Shown here: piece by piece, positions 57,579-64,000 of the stretch
Layout: every line of letters starts with the position of its first letter
Numbering within the stretch: position 1 is the first letter of the stretch
Origin: a virus
Reading direction: 5' to 3' (one strand)
Virus record (IMG/VR): IMGVR_UViG_3300044716_000427
Coordinates: 7,566 to 71,565 of that record
DNA: 64,000 nucleotides
Translations under genes and position numbers: made by a program
Notes under the pieces: model-generated
What the model saw: only the letters and a program-made list of their open reading frames with translations
What the model was told of the DNA's origin: nothing
Database searches by the model: none

Positions 57579-57800
57579 CTAATCCTCCATGCAATGAAGG
57601 ATCATGTCTTCTTCAGACACTCGCCAGAATGAACCCGGATAGTTGTTCAGCGAGATGAAGCACTCGCCCTTGTACCTGTACCCGGCCCAGAAGCAGTCTT
57701 TAACATGCCCGCCAGTGCCTTCAAGCACGCCATTCAGCATCACATCAAGGCCCTCTTCTTGACTAATGCATTTGCCGTGTTCGCCTGTGAACTTTTCCAT
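57579..57800 (-). CDS. Hypothetical protein
   Basis: Start MEKFTGE after an aaaaactaacacac leader. Confidence 0.6.
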   Translation of the reverse strand: MEKFTGEHGKCISQEEGLDVMLNGVLEGTGGHVKDCFWAGYRYKGECFISLNNYPGSFWRVSEEDMILHCMED

Positions 57801-57834
57801 GTGTGTTAGTTTTTGAAAGTGAAAGACCGCGTAC

Positions 57835-57961
57835 AATCCCGAAACGACCACAACCTGCGGACCGTTGTATGCAGGCGAAAAACTTTTGTAACACATTTGT
57901 CATCGAATGTGTTACAAAAGTTTGTTGCTGCATGAACCAAATCCCGAAACGACCACAACCT
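57835..57961. repeat. 22-bp direct repeat enclosing an 18-bp perfect hairpin
   Basis: AATCCCGAAACGACCACAACCT at 57835 and 57940; AAACTTTTGTAACACATT-8nt-AATGTGTTACAAAAGTTT at 57880-57923. Confidence 0.85.
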
Positions 57962-58339
57962 TCACCACGCACCTAGGCTATCAACATCTCGTATGACGAT
58001 GACGGTCTTCTCGTCCTTGATGGTCTTGACCTTGTGCTGGAAGACCACGAGGGATGTGACGCAGTTGGGGTTGTCATCGGGAATAATCCCAGCTTCACGC
58101 ATGGCATCGAGTGGTAGCTTACAGGCGGCGTAGACGTTGTCCAAGTCCATCGGCTGCTTGCAGTAGTAGCGGTTGAACTCCATCATGCAGGGGATGGGAG
58201 CCTTCAGCCCAACGCCAGCTTTCTTCATCCACCATATCCACTTCTCCTTCTCTTTCTTGTACTCGGAGAAGTGCATACGGATGAGGCCCTTGGAGCCATT
58301 GAGGCCGGGAGCCATGCGAGGGATTTCAATTGTTATCAT
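57962..58339 (-). CDS. RusA-like Holliday junction resolvase
   Basis: MDLDNVYAACKLPLDAMREAGIIPDDN. Confidence 0.8.
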   Translation of the reverse strand: MITIEIPRMAPGLNGSKGLIRMHFSEYKKEKEKWIWWMKKAGVGLKAPIPCMMEFNRYYCKQPMDLDNVYAACKLPLDAMREAGIIPDDNPNCVTSLVVFQHKVKTIKDEKTVIVIRDVDSLGAW

Positions 58340-58341
58340 GG

Positions 58342-58551
58342 TTAATCTTCTTTGGGTTCTTCAAATGTGAAGTACTCGTCAATCTCATCAATCACGGCAA
58401 CGTCGATGAAGTTCTTGATAGTGTTCCCGTGCTTGTCAAGCCAGATTTTGACCGAATCTGGAATGTCAAGGTTATCTAACGTAATGGCCCACCCTCTGTG
58501 GACCCCCTTCTCCACGCAATCGGAAAGAACCAGATACTCGTTGGCTTTCAT
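58342..58551 (-). CDS. Hypothetical protein
   Basis: Start MKANEY, ATGA-coupled. Confidence 0.65.
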   Translation of the reverse strand: MKANEYLVLSDCVEKGVHRGWAITLDNLDIPDSVKIWLDKHGNTIKNFIDVAVIDEIDEYFTFEEPKED

Positions 58552-58874
58552 GGCTTGTAGTTTATGGCTTTCCAAAGGTCCTTCAAGGTCTTCATTGGCT
58601 GCATCTTGTCGTTCAGCTTCTTGTGGGTCCAGCCAGCGGTCTTGCTCCGACCACGGTCTGTCTCCCACAGCCAGTACTCTATCCAGTCACCATCGTCGCC
58701 GACGGCTTCCTTTAGCATTTCAATGTACGCCCTGACCATGGGCCAGCCGAAGGAGACGGATGGCTTGTAACAGTCCGCAGCCAACTCTGCGTGGATGAAG
58801 TCAGCCACGCGGTCTTGAGAGTCGAAGAACTCGTGGAGCACTTTCATGCGCTCCTTGAAGGTTTTGAAGTTCAT
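58548..58874 (-). CDS. Hypothetical protein
   Basis: DWIEYWLWE...TLKDLW motif seen in phage proteins. Confidence 0.7.
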   Translation of the reverse strand: MNFKTFKERMKVLHEFFDSQDRVADFIHAELAADCYKPSVSFGWPMVRAYIEMLKEAVGDDGDWIEYWLWETDRGRSKTAGWTHKKLNDKMQPMKTLKDLWKAINYKP

Positions 58875-59122
58875 GGTTTTGAAGGTTGCGTTAGCGCACT
58901 AATTACGGCGTTCCATTCTTGGGTGTCGCACTCCCATTCTCCGGGCTTCCCGCCCCATTTTTCTTCGTACTCATTGATTTCCTTCACGATGAGATCCTTG
59001 GTCTGCTGGCTCAACGTGTTGCGCTTGGATATCACGTACTGCGCGACCTGTCCTACTGCGTAGCTGCGCCTTCCAAGAGCATAGCGGAACGCATAGAATA
59101 TGATGCTCTCTTCGTCGCTCAT
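58871..59122 (-). CDS. Conserved small phage protein
   Basis: YAFRYALGRRSY...CD...W motif. Confidence 0.75.
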   Translation of the reverse strand: MSDEESIIFYAFRYALGRRSYAVGQVAQYVISKRNTLSQQTKDLIVKEINEYEEKWGGKPGEWECDTQEWNAVISALTQPSKP

Positions 59123-59301
59123 TTGCTAATATTGGTTATACAGTTAATATACGTAAATAATAGTATTGCTAAACCTGCACCAAACTGTCCTCCTTTCGGA
59201 CAGCACTCGGTTTCTCTTACAATTGCATCGATGATTAGAACAATTGCAATCACGCAAAAGCAGATCGTTGTCATTAGGTTGATATTGCGGTGGAGCTTCA
59301 T
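59119..59301 (-). CDS. Small membrane protein
   Basis: Two TMs, AT-rich, coupled on both sides. Confidence 0.55.
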   Translation of the reverse strand: MKLHRNINLMTTICFCVIAIVLIIDAIVRETECCPKGGQFGAGLAILLFTYINCITNISK

Positions 59302-59588
59302 GGTTCGGTTGGTTTGAACCCGGCAGCTTCGGCGGCGTCATTTGCCGCCATCCAAGAGGCACGATGCGAATGCCAATGTGAACGCCTTACATCGTTTTCA
59401 ATGAAAGGTTCGTTCACTTCTATCAGTGCAGCCATTGCATTTCCCTCGTGGATTAGGCGCTGTATCAGTTCGGCGTCCTTGGCGCGGGCGTCTTCGTAGA
59501 TGTCTCTGACTTGTTCAGGAGTATGCGTATCCTTAACATATCCAAGATCGGCATCACTCAGCAGCGGCTCTCGTTTCGTGTTGCTCAT
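59298..59588 (-). CDS. Hypothetical protein
   Basis: 96-aa coupled ORF. Confidence 0.65.
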   Translation of the reverse strand: MSNTKREPLLSDADLGYVKDTHTPEQVRDIYEDARAKDAELIQRLIHEGNAMAALIEVNEPFIENDVRRSHWHSHRASWMAANDAAEAAGFKPTEP

Positions 59589-59821
59589 CGTATCTCACCC
59601 GTGTAATCGCGATGCGACTGCCATACCAACACCGTCTCGATGGCTCCGACCATTGCCACGGCTACCCATCCACCATCGGCACCGGTATCCCCTGCGATTA
59701 ACAGGGCGATGCACGCGGCTTGGATTATTCCGAACACGGGCCATGACGTGAGGCCGAATCCATTCGGGCGGGTCAGGTATTGAAAGAAGGTTTCGCGCTT
59801 GGGTTGTGGTTGTTTGCTCAT
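59585..59821 (-). CDS. Two-TM membrane protein, paralog A
   Basis: MSKQPQPKRETFFQYLTRPNGFG... Confidence 0.75.
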   Translation of the reverse strand: MSKQPQPKRETFFQYLTRPNGFGLTSWPVFGIIQAACIALLIAGDTGADGGWVAVAMVGAIETVLVWQSHRDYTGEIR

Positions 59822-60456
59822 GTTTTTAAGGATTGAAAATGTGCTGCGCCAATCATTTCAGCGCACAGTGCGTGCGGAATCTTGCTACGGTCGTGCGCTC
59901 CCTTCAGCCCCTGCGTACCTGTCCTTGCTCCGCGTGGTGCGGATTCATGGCATGGGTCTCCGTTCTTGCACATAGGCCGTGGCACCCACTCCGTGCAATT
60001 GGTCCAAATGTCCGTGGGCTTCATCCGTGTGTCGCCGTACTGGCAGTAGGTGACCGTGTGGCGGATTGGCAGCTTCTGCATCTCTGGCATCTTTCGCATT
60101 AGTCCGCGAGGATTCTCGATGTACCAGACTTTTGGAGTACACGCTTCGATAATCTCCAGCGTCCTGTGCATCAGCGCCAAGCCTATCAACGCACCTTGCG
60201 TCTTTGGGATGTATGCGCCCTTACCCCCTGTCCAATGGTGCCCGATGCTGGCAACGCTAAAGGATGTGCAAGGCGGAGATGCGTGGATAATGTCCGGAGC
60301 CATTGCCACCCAGTAGTCAATCGGGATGGCGAGGATGTTGCCGACCGTGTCAATGCGTCCAAAGTCTATCAGGTCTGTGGAGTGGACATCCATACCCTGC
60401 TCCTCCGCTGCCCTGCCCATTGACCTACTTCCTGCAAACAGTTCAAGTAGATTCAT
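59818..60456 (-). CDS. C5-cytosine DNA methyltransferase-like protein (short form)
   Basis: LELFAG (motif I), ASPPCTSFS (IV), IENPRG (VI); start ATG 60456. Confidence 0.82.
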   Translation of the reverse strand: MNLLELFAGSRSMGRAAEEQGMDVHSTDLIDFGRIDTVGNILAIPIDYWVAMAPDIIHASPPCTSFSVASIGHHWTGGKGAYIPKTQGALIGLALMHRTLEIIEACTPKVWYIENPRGLMRKMPEMQKLPIRHTVTYCQYGDTRMKPTDIWTNCTEWVPRPMCKNGDPCHESAPRGARTGTQGLKGAHDRSKIPHALCAEMIGAAHFQSLKT

Positions 60457-60689
60457 CGCGTCTGCTTGTAGTTGCGGTAAGACATCCCGACCAGCACCGC
60501 CTGAATCGCTGCCGCCATGATGAACGCCACCCATCCAGCTTCGTTGATGGTCGCCACTCCTGCTGATACCATAGCAATCACCATTGACTGAATCAAAGCG
60601 AACGCCACCCATGACATGCCACCGAATCCAGTCGGGCGGGTCAGGTACTGGAAGAATGTTTCGCGCTTGGGTTGTGGTTGTTTGCTCAT
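60453..60689 (-). CDS. Two-TM membrane protein, paralog B
   Basis: MSKQPQPKRETFFQYLTRPTGFG...; TACTTTTG 4 nt before ATG. Confidence 0.75.
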   Translation of the reverse strand: MSKQPQPKRETFFQYLTRPTGFGGMSWVAFALIQSMVIAMVSAGVATINEAGWVAFIMAAAIQAVLVGMSYRNYKQTR

Positions 60690-60773
60690 CGCACAAAAGT
60701 ACGAACTATTTCTTACCAATATGCTACATAGTGGTATAAAATTATTCGCACACCACGCAACGACCGGCTAGGG

Positions 60774-61139
60774 CTAGTACTCCAAGTACTTCTCAATGCC
60801 CACCTTCTTGGGCTTGATGAAGGTCACGCTACCCAGCGGCAGCCTCTTCTCAAAGATGACCTTCTCCATGAAGGTGTACTTCGCTGAGATGTGTATCCAC
60901 TCCCCGTGCAGCCAGACCGTGTCCATCCAGTAGTAGATCAGGTAGTCGCCCGGCAGCAAGTACGTGGTGGTTGACACCCTGAACACATGGCTTACGGACT
61001 TGCTCCAATTGTCGATGTTGCGGACGGTCAGGGTGCACCTCTTGGCGGAGTCCCCTTGTATGATCCTGCTACGCAAAAGACCCTGACAATTAGCTGTCAA
61101 TGACAGGGCAAACGCCGTGAGTATCAATAGGTTACGCAC
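60774..61139 (-). CDS. Signal-peptide-bearing beta-rich protein
   Basis: MRNLLILTAFALSLTANCQ; TACCTTTG 4 nt before GTG. Confidence 0.65.
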   Translation of the reverse strand: MRNLLILTAFALSLTANCQGLLRSRIIQGDSAKRCTLTVRNIDNWSKSVSHVFRVSTTTYLLPGDYLIYYWMDTVWLHGEWIHISAKYTFMEKVIFEKRLPLGSVTFIKPKKVGIEKYLEY

Positions 61140-61174
61140 CTCGCAAAGGTACGACCAATAGGCTGCTGAATCAT

Positions 61175-61372
61175 CTACGAACCCGCAATTGGTTCGGGAA
61201 GATTACACCTGTCGCATGGAACGTATCCGTTGTTCTTTACAGGCTTGCCGAACGGACCAGACTCTATGGGCCTACGCATCCCACACCTCCAATACGACTC
61301 GTATAGGCCGTGACCGTAGCAGTAGACGCACTTACTCGATCTTCGTTTGGTTCGGGTCTTTGTGGGGGTCAT
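61175..61372 (-). CDS. Small zinc-finger protein
   Basis: CVYC...CDRC. Confidence 0.55.
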   Translation of the reverse strand: MTPTKTRTKRRSSKCVYCYGHGLYESYWRCGMRRPIESGPFGKPVKNNGYVPCDRCNLPEPIAGS

Positions 61373-61580
61373 ACTTGGTCTTCTTTTTCTTCTTGCCGAT
61401 GGCATCTATCTCGCCCATGGCGCCCTCGATGTCCTTTGACATCAGAACGATCCTCTGGAGGTCCTTGGCGGTCTTCTTGCCCTCAACAATGGAGATGATT
61501 CCCTTGGACATCCATGCTTCCATGTGTCCGTCCTGTCCCTGCCAGATGTTGTAGCCGAGGTAGTTGGTGATGTACTTCAT
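61332..61580 (-). CDS. Hypothetical protein
   Basis: ATGA-coupled to the primase-like gene. Confidence 0.65.
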   Translation of the reverse strand: MKYITNYLGYNIWQGQDGHMEAWMSKGIISIVEGKKTAKDLQRIVLMSKDIEGAMGEIDAIGKKKKKTKYDPHKDPNQTKIE

Positions 61581-62617
61581 TTTCTTGCTGGTCCTATGAT
61601 TGCGTTCTCCATGTCCAAGTCAAACAGTTCAATGCAGGTGGCTACCACTGGCAGCGCCAAGAACCTGTCAAGGTCTGTCTCCTTCTCTTCTTCTACCGCC
61701 TGCGGCTCTGTCACGGCCACGGGCGGGGGGAATATATCCACGTTCATCTCTTTGATGACGTTGACGGGCAGAAGCAGGTCTGCTATGTCCTCTCCCTTTG
61801 GTGCCCCCAAGCACTCGATGATGTCCGAGACGTGGCAACTCTTAGCCACGATGTCGATGTTCATGGCATAGGAACACCAGTCCTCGTAACACCCGCTGTC
61901 GGGGAACAGGGTCACATCCCTACCGGCCAGCACTTGACTGCGCTCTGCGCTGATCATGTTGGCACCGCCCGTGGCAATCCATACGTGGGACGGGTACAGC
62001 ACAGAGCAGATGAGCGCGGACTTCTCGCTCTCCACGATGGCAACGGGGTCGTTGGGCCTCTTGCCTAAAAGATGGGTTCCGAAGTAGACCTGAGCGCACC
62101 CTATCTCTTCCATTGGCTTTTTGGTGACCACCGTGTGCATCCACATGGCCTTGAGCTCCTTCACCCGCTTGCCATCCTCTCCGTACTGGATGACCTTGCC
62201 GCTACGCTCAACGCCATCAGACCCAACCTGCCAGTAGACCATAGCCCCACCGTACTGTGGGTAGTTCTCACCCTTGGGAAATGTTCCGCATCGGTACTCA
62301 CGCAGCGCGTCAGTACCACCAAGCAGGGACTTGAACCAGTGTGCAAACCTGTTGCCCTTGCTGTGCTTGGTCGCCTCCACGACCCTCGACGGGCATCGCC
62401 AGTCGGTCCTGCGTGGGGGCGGGGGTGGGGTGTATCTCGTCTCTTGGCGTTCCATTCGTGGGTATCTGAAGTAGTTGCAGTTGTTGCGGCGGTCGCATAT
62501 CCCATATTCGCTCGGGGCTGGGTTACCCTCCTCGTCCATGTAGCCACGGAACACCTTGCCGTGTCCACAGGAGGGGCAGGTGGTCTTCTTGCCCCTGTGG
62601 TCAAGGAAATACTTCAT
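61577..62617 (-). CDS. DUF6371-type primase-like protein (Zn finger + TOPRIM)
   Basis: CPSCG...GICDRRNNCNY, IVESEKSA, WIATGG, LFPD, GEDIAD. Confidence 0.8.
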   Translation of the reverse strand: MKYFLDHRGKKTTCPSCGHGKVFRGYMDEEGNPAPSEYGICDRRNNCNYFRYPRMERQETRYTPPPPPRRTDWRCPSRVVEATKHSKGNRFAHWFKSLLGGTDALREYRCGTFPKGENYPQYGGAMVYWQVGSDGVERSGKVIQYGEDGKRVKELKAMWMHTVVTKKPMEEIGCAQVYFGTHLLGKRPNDPVAIVESEKSALICSVLYPSHVWIATGGANMISAERSQVLAGRDVTLFPDSGCYEDWCSYAMNIDIVAKSCHVSDIIECLGAPKGEDIADLLLPVNVIKEMNVDIFPPPVAVTEPQAVEEEKETDLDRFLALPVVATCIELFDLDMENAIIGPARK

Positions 62618-62656
62618 TGCGTATCTGTCGTTCGCTGAGTTCGACGGTGTAGGTCT

Positions 62657-62833
62657 TCATAGCTTGTACAGGATGTACAGGGCGGCAACCGCCACCGCTG
62701 CGTTGATGATAGAGATCTCTGCCTTGCCACGCCCCTTGTAGATGACGATGGCCATGTTAAGGCACTGGAGGAAGAACACAAGGCCGGTGATGGCAGCCAA
62801 GGTCCACAGGATGATGTTGATCAGGGTCTCCAT
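62657..62833 (-). CDS. 58-aa two-TM membrane protein
   Basis: METLINIILWTLAAITGLVFFLQCL...AVAVAALYILYKL; not in the ORF track. Confidence 0.6.
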   Translation of the reverse strand: METLINIILWTLAAITGLVFFLQCLNMAIVIYKGRGKAEISIINAAVAVAALYILYKL

Positions 62834-63033
62834 TGGTTGTTGCTTTCAAGGTGTTTCTTTTTGCGGAGTTTAGCAAGCCTTTTCTCCGCAACGGCTTCGT
62901 TGTCTGCGTGGGTGAACAGGATCAGCTGCAACAACTGCGCACAGTCCACCTTCTCGCACAGCGGGATCCCTTGTATGTCCATGTCGGGGGTAAGGCTCTT
63001 GGTGGCTTCATTGCCACAGATGTAGCAGTTCAT
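62821..63033 (-). CDS. Small zinc-binding protein
   Basis: CYIC...CEKVDC. Confidence 0.6.
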   Translation of the reverse strand: MNCYICGNEATKSLTPDMDIQGIPLCEKVDCAQLLQLILFTHADNEAVAEKRLAKLRKKKHLESNNQWRP

Positions 63034-63578
63034 TACTTACAGGTGTAAACTTGGTTCATGGCCCTGAGGTCGGTGGGCCAGTCGTTATTGGTAAAACTTT
63101 CTTCGATGAAGAGGAGTTCATTGGTGGGCACGATGACAAGCAGGTTGTTTTCGGTGCGGATGAACATGAACTCCTTGCTCTGTTCGGGGTAGTCGCTGAA
63201 CCCGTCCCCAAAGGGAATGGCCGTGAAAAGGTACAGACCGTTGGAGTTGTCTGCAAGAATTACCTGAAGCCCGCTCAAGTAGTCGTAGCAGTGCAGGGAG
63301 AACTGCCTCCCATAGCAGTTCCATACCTGTGCATCGGTGACGAACCACCCGTCTTCGGGAATGATGGGGTCAGGACTGAACGCAATGGCGTTGGGTGGCA
63401 GGTTGCGGTACACCGCCCCGCACTCAAGCATTACGTGGCATCCCCATGCCCTGCCCGGGTGGGAGTTGAGTCCGAACCATACCGCTCGTTCAAAGCCCTT
63501 TGCTTCGTTGCGGATGTAGGAGGAGTCCACCCATACGTACTGGTGGGTCGGCAACGACCCGCTTGCTGTGTAGATCAT
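63033..63578 (-). CDS. Conserved hypothetical phage protein
   Basis: 181 aa, coupled to neighbours. Confidence 0.75.
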   Translation of the reverse strand: MIYTASGSLPTHQYVWVDSSYIRNEAKGFERAVWFGLNSHPGRAWGCHVMLECGAVYRNLPPNAIAFSPDPIIPEDGWFVTDAQVWNCYGRQFSLHCYDYLSGLQVILADNSNGLYLFTAIPFGDGFSDYPEQSKEFMFIRTENNLLVIVPTNELLFIEESFTNNDWPTDLRAMNQVYTCK

Positions 63579-63769
63579 GTTGGTCTTTGGATGTTTTTGA
63601 GGTTTGAGAGTCCATTGTCAGGCTCCGGCTCTTCCATGAGGAGTTCAATGATCCTGTTCGCTGTCTTCTTGCGGACGATCCTTTGGTCTATGAGCCTGAA
63701 GATGTATCCTATCTGGGCGTCAGACGCCTCCTCGTTGGGGTCACCCCTGTACATTGGGCGAAGATACAA
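63575..63769 (-). CDS. Hypothetical protein
   Basis: Coupled ORF. Confidence 0.5.
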   Translation of the reverse strand: MYLRPMYRGDPNEEASDAQIGYIFRLIDQRIVRKKTANRIIELLMEEPEPDNGLSNLKNIQRPT

Positions 63770-63780
63770 ACTTCTTTTTA

Positions 63781-64000
63781 CTAAAATGGATTTTCTTCCC
63801 CGCTGCTACGCGTTGCTTTGAACCCCGCGTGTGAGATGCGCTGCGTGGGTCCATGCAGGGTCAGGGGTTCGCAGAAGAACCTGCCCTTTCTGTTCTTCAC
63901 CGCCTCGCAGATGATGGTCTTCTCAGGTGAGTAGATGTCGTCGGTCTGCTGCGGGGTGATGATGACCACCGTGTGTGCGTCATGGCCTATCTGCCCGGAG
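63781..64000 (-). CDS. DnaB-like replicative helicase, C-terminal end
   Basis: SGQIGHDAHTVVII...KNRKG match DnaB motif H4 and the arginine finger. Confidence 0.75.
   Translation of the reverse strand, partial: SGQIGHDAHTVVIITPQQTDDIYSPEKTIICEAVKNRKGRFFCEPLTLHGPTQRISHAGFKATRSSGEENPF

Larger units (their letters stand above)
1..64000. mobile_element. Bacteriophage genome segment, Bacteroidetes host, crAss-like/podovirus-type virion module
   Basis: Terminase-portal-scaffold-capsid-ring-nozzle-ejection gene order, lysis genes, dense small early genes, TAnnTTTG promoters; no host housekeeping genes or integrase seen. Confidence 0.93.

Noticed and set aside
59818-60696. 292-aa version of the methyltransferase
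   Set aside because: The extension overlaps paralog B in another frame; motif I starts right after ATG 60456
1-64000. Stop-codon reassignment, DGR, tRNAs, integrase, introns/inteins
   Set aside because: Genes tile well in code 11 using all three stops; no reverse transcriptase, TR/VR pair, cloverleaf or recombinase motif was recognised

Overview
The whole window looks like part of a lytic, podovirus-like Bacteroidetes phage with a crAss-like virion gene order. The host assignment rests on about 15 TAnnTTTG (-7) promoters and A/C-rich leaders without Shine-Dalgarno sites. A leftward early module (1-6700) of small genes is punctuated by eight copies of a 19-bp palindrome with flanking mini-hairpins. 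A non-coding switch/origin-like region lies at 6700-8150. A rightward virion module follows: fibres, large terminase, portal, scaffold, major capsid, three ring-type proteins, a nozzle, giant ejection/polyvalent proteins with a ferritin between them, collagen and beta-helix fibres, and lysis genes. A leftward replication/recombination module (56096-64000) holds HNH/NinG-like, PD-(D/E)xK, RusA-like, C5-MTase and DUF6371-type primase genes and a DnaB C-terminus. Best leads: (1) the palindrome-plus-hairpin element at early gene junctions; (2) two small genes overprinted in the +1 frame of a 1574-aa ejection protein; (3) attC-like cassette remnants; (4) a methyltransferase bracketed by duplicated genes; (5) apparently leaderless transcription of key late genes. 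Product calls come from motifs and synteny read by eye; no database searches were run.
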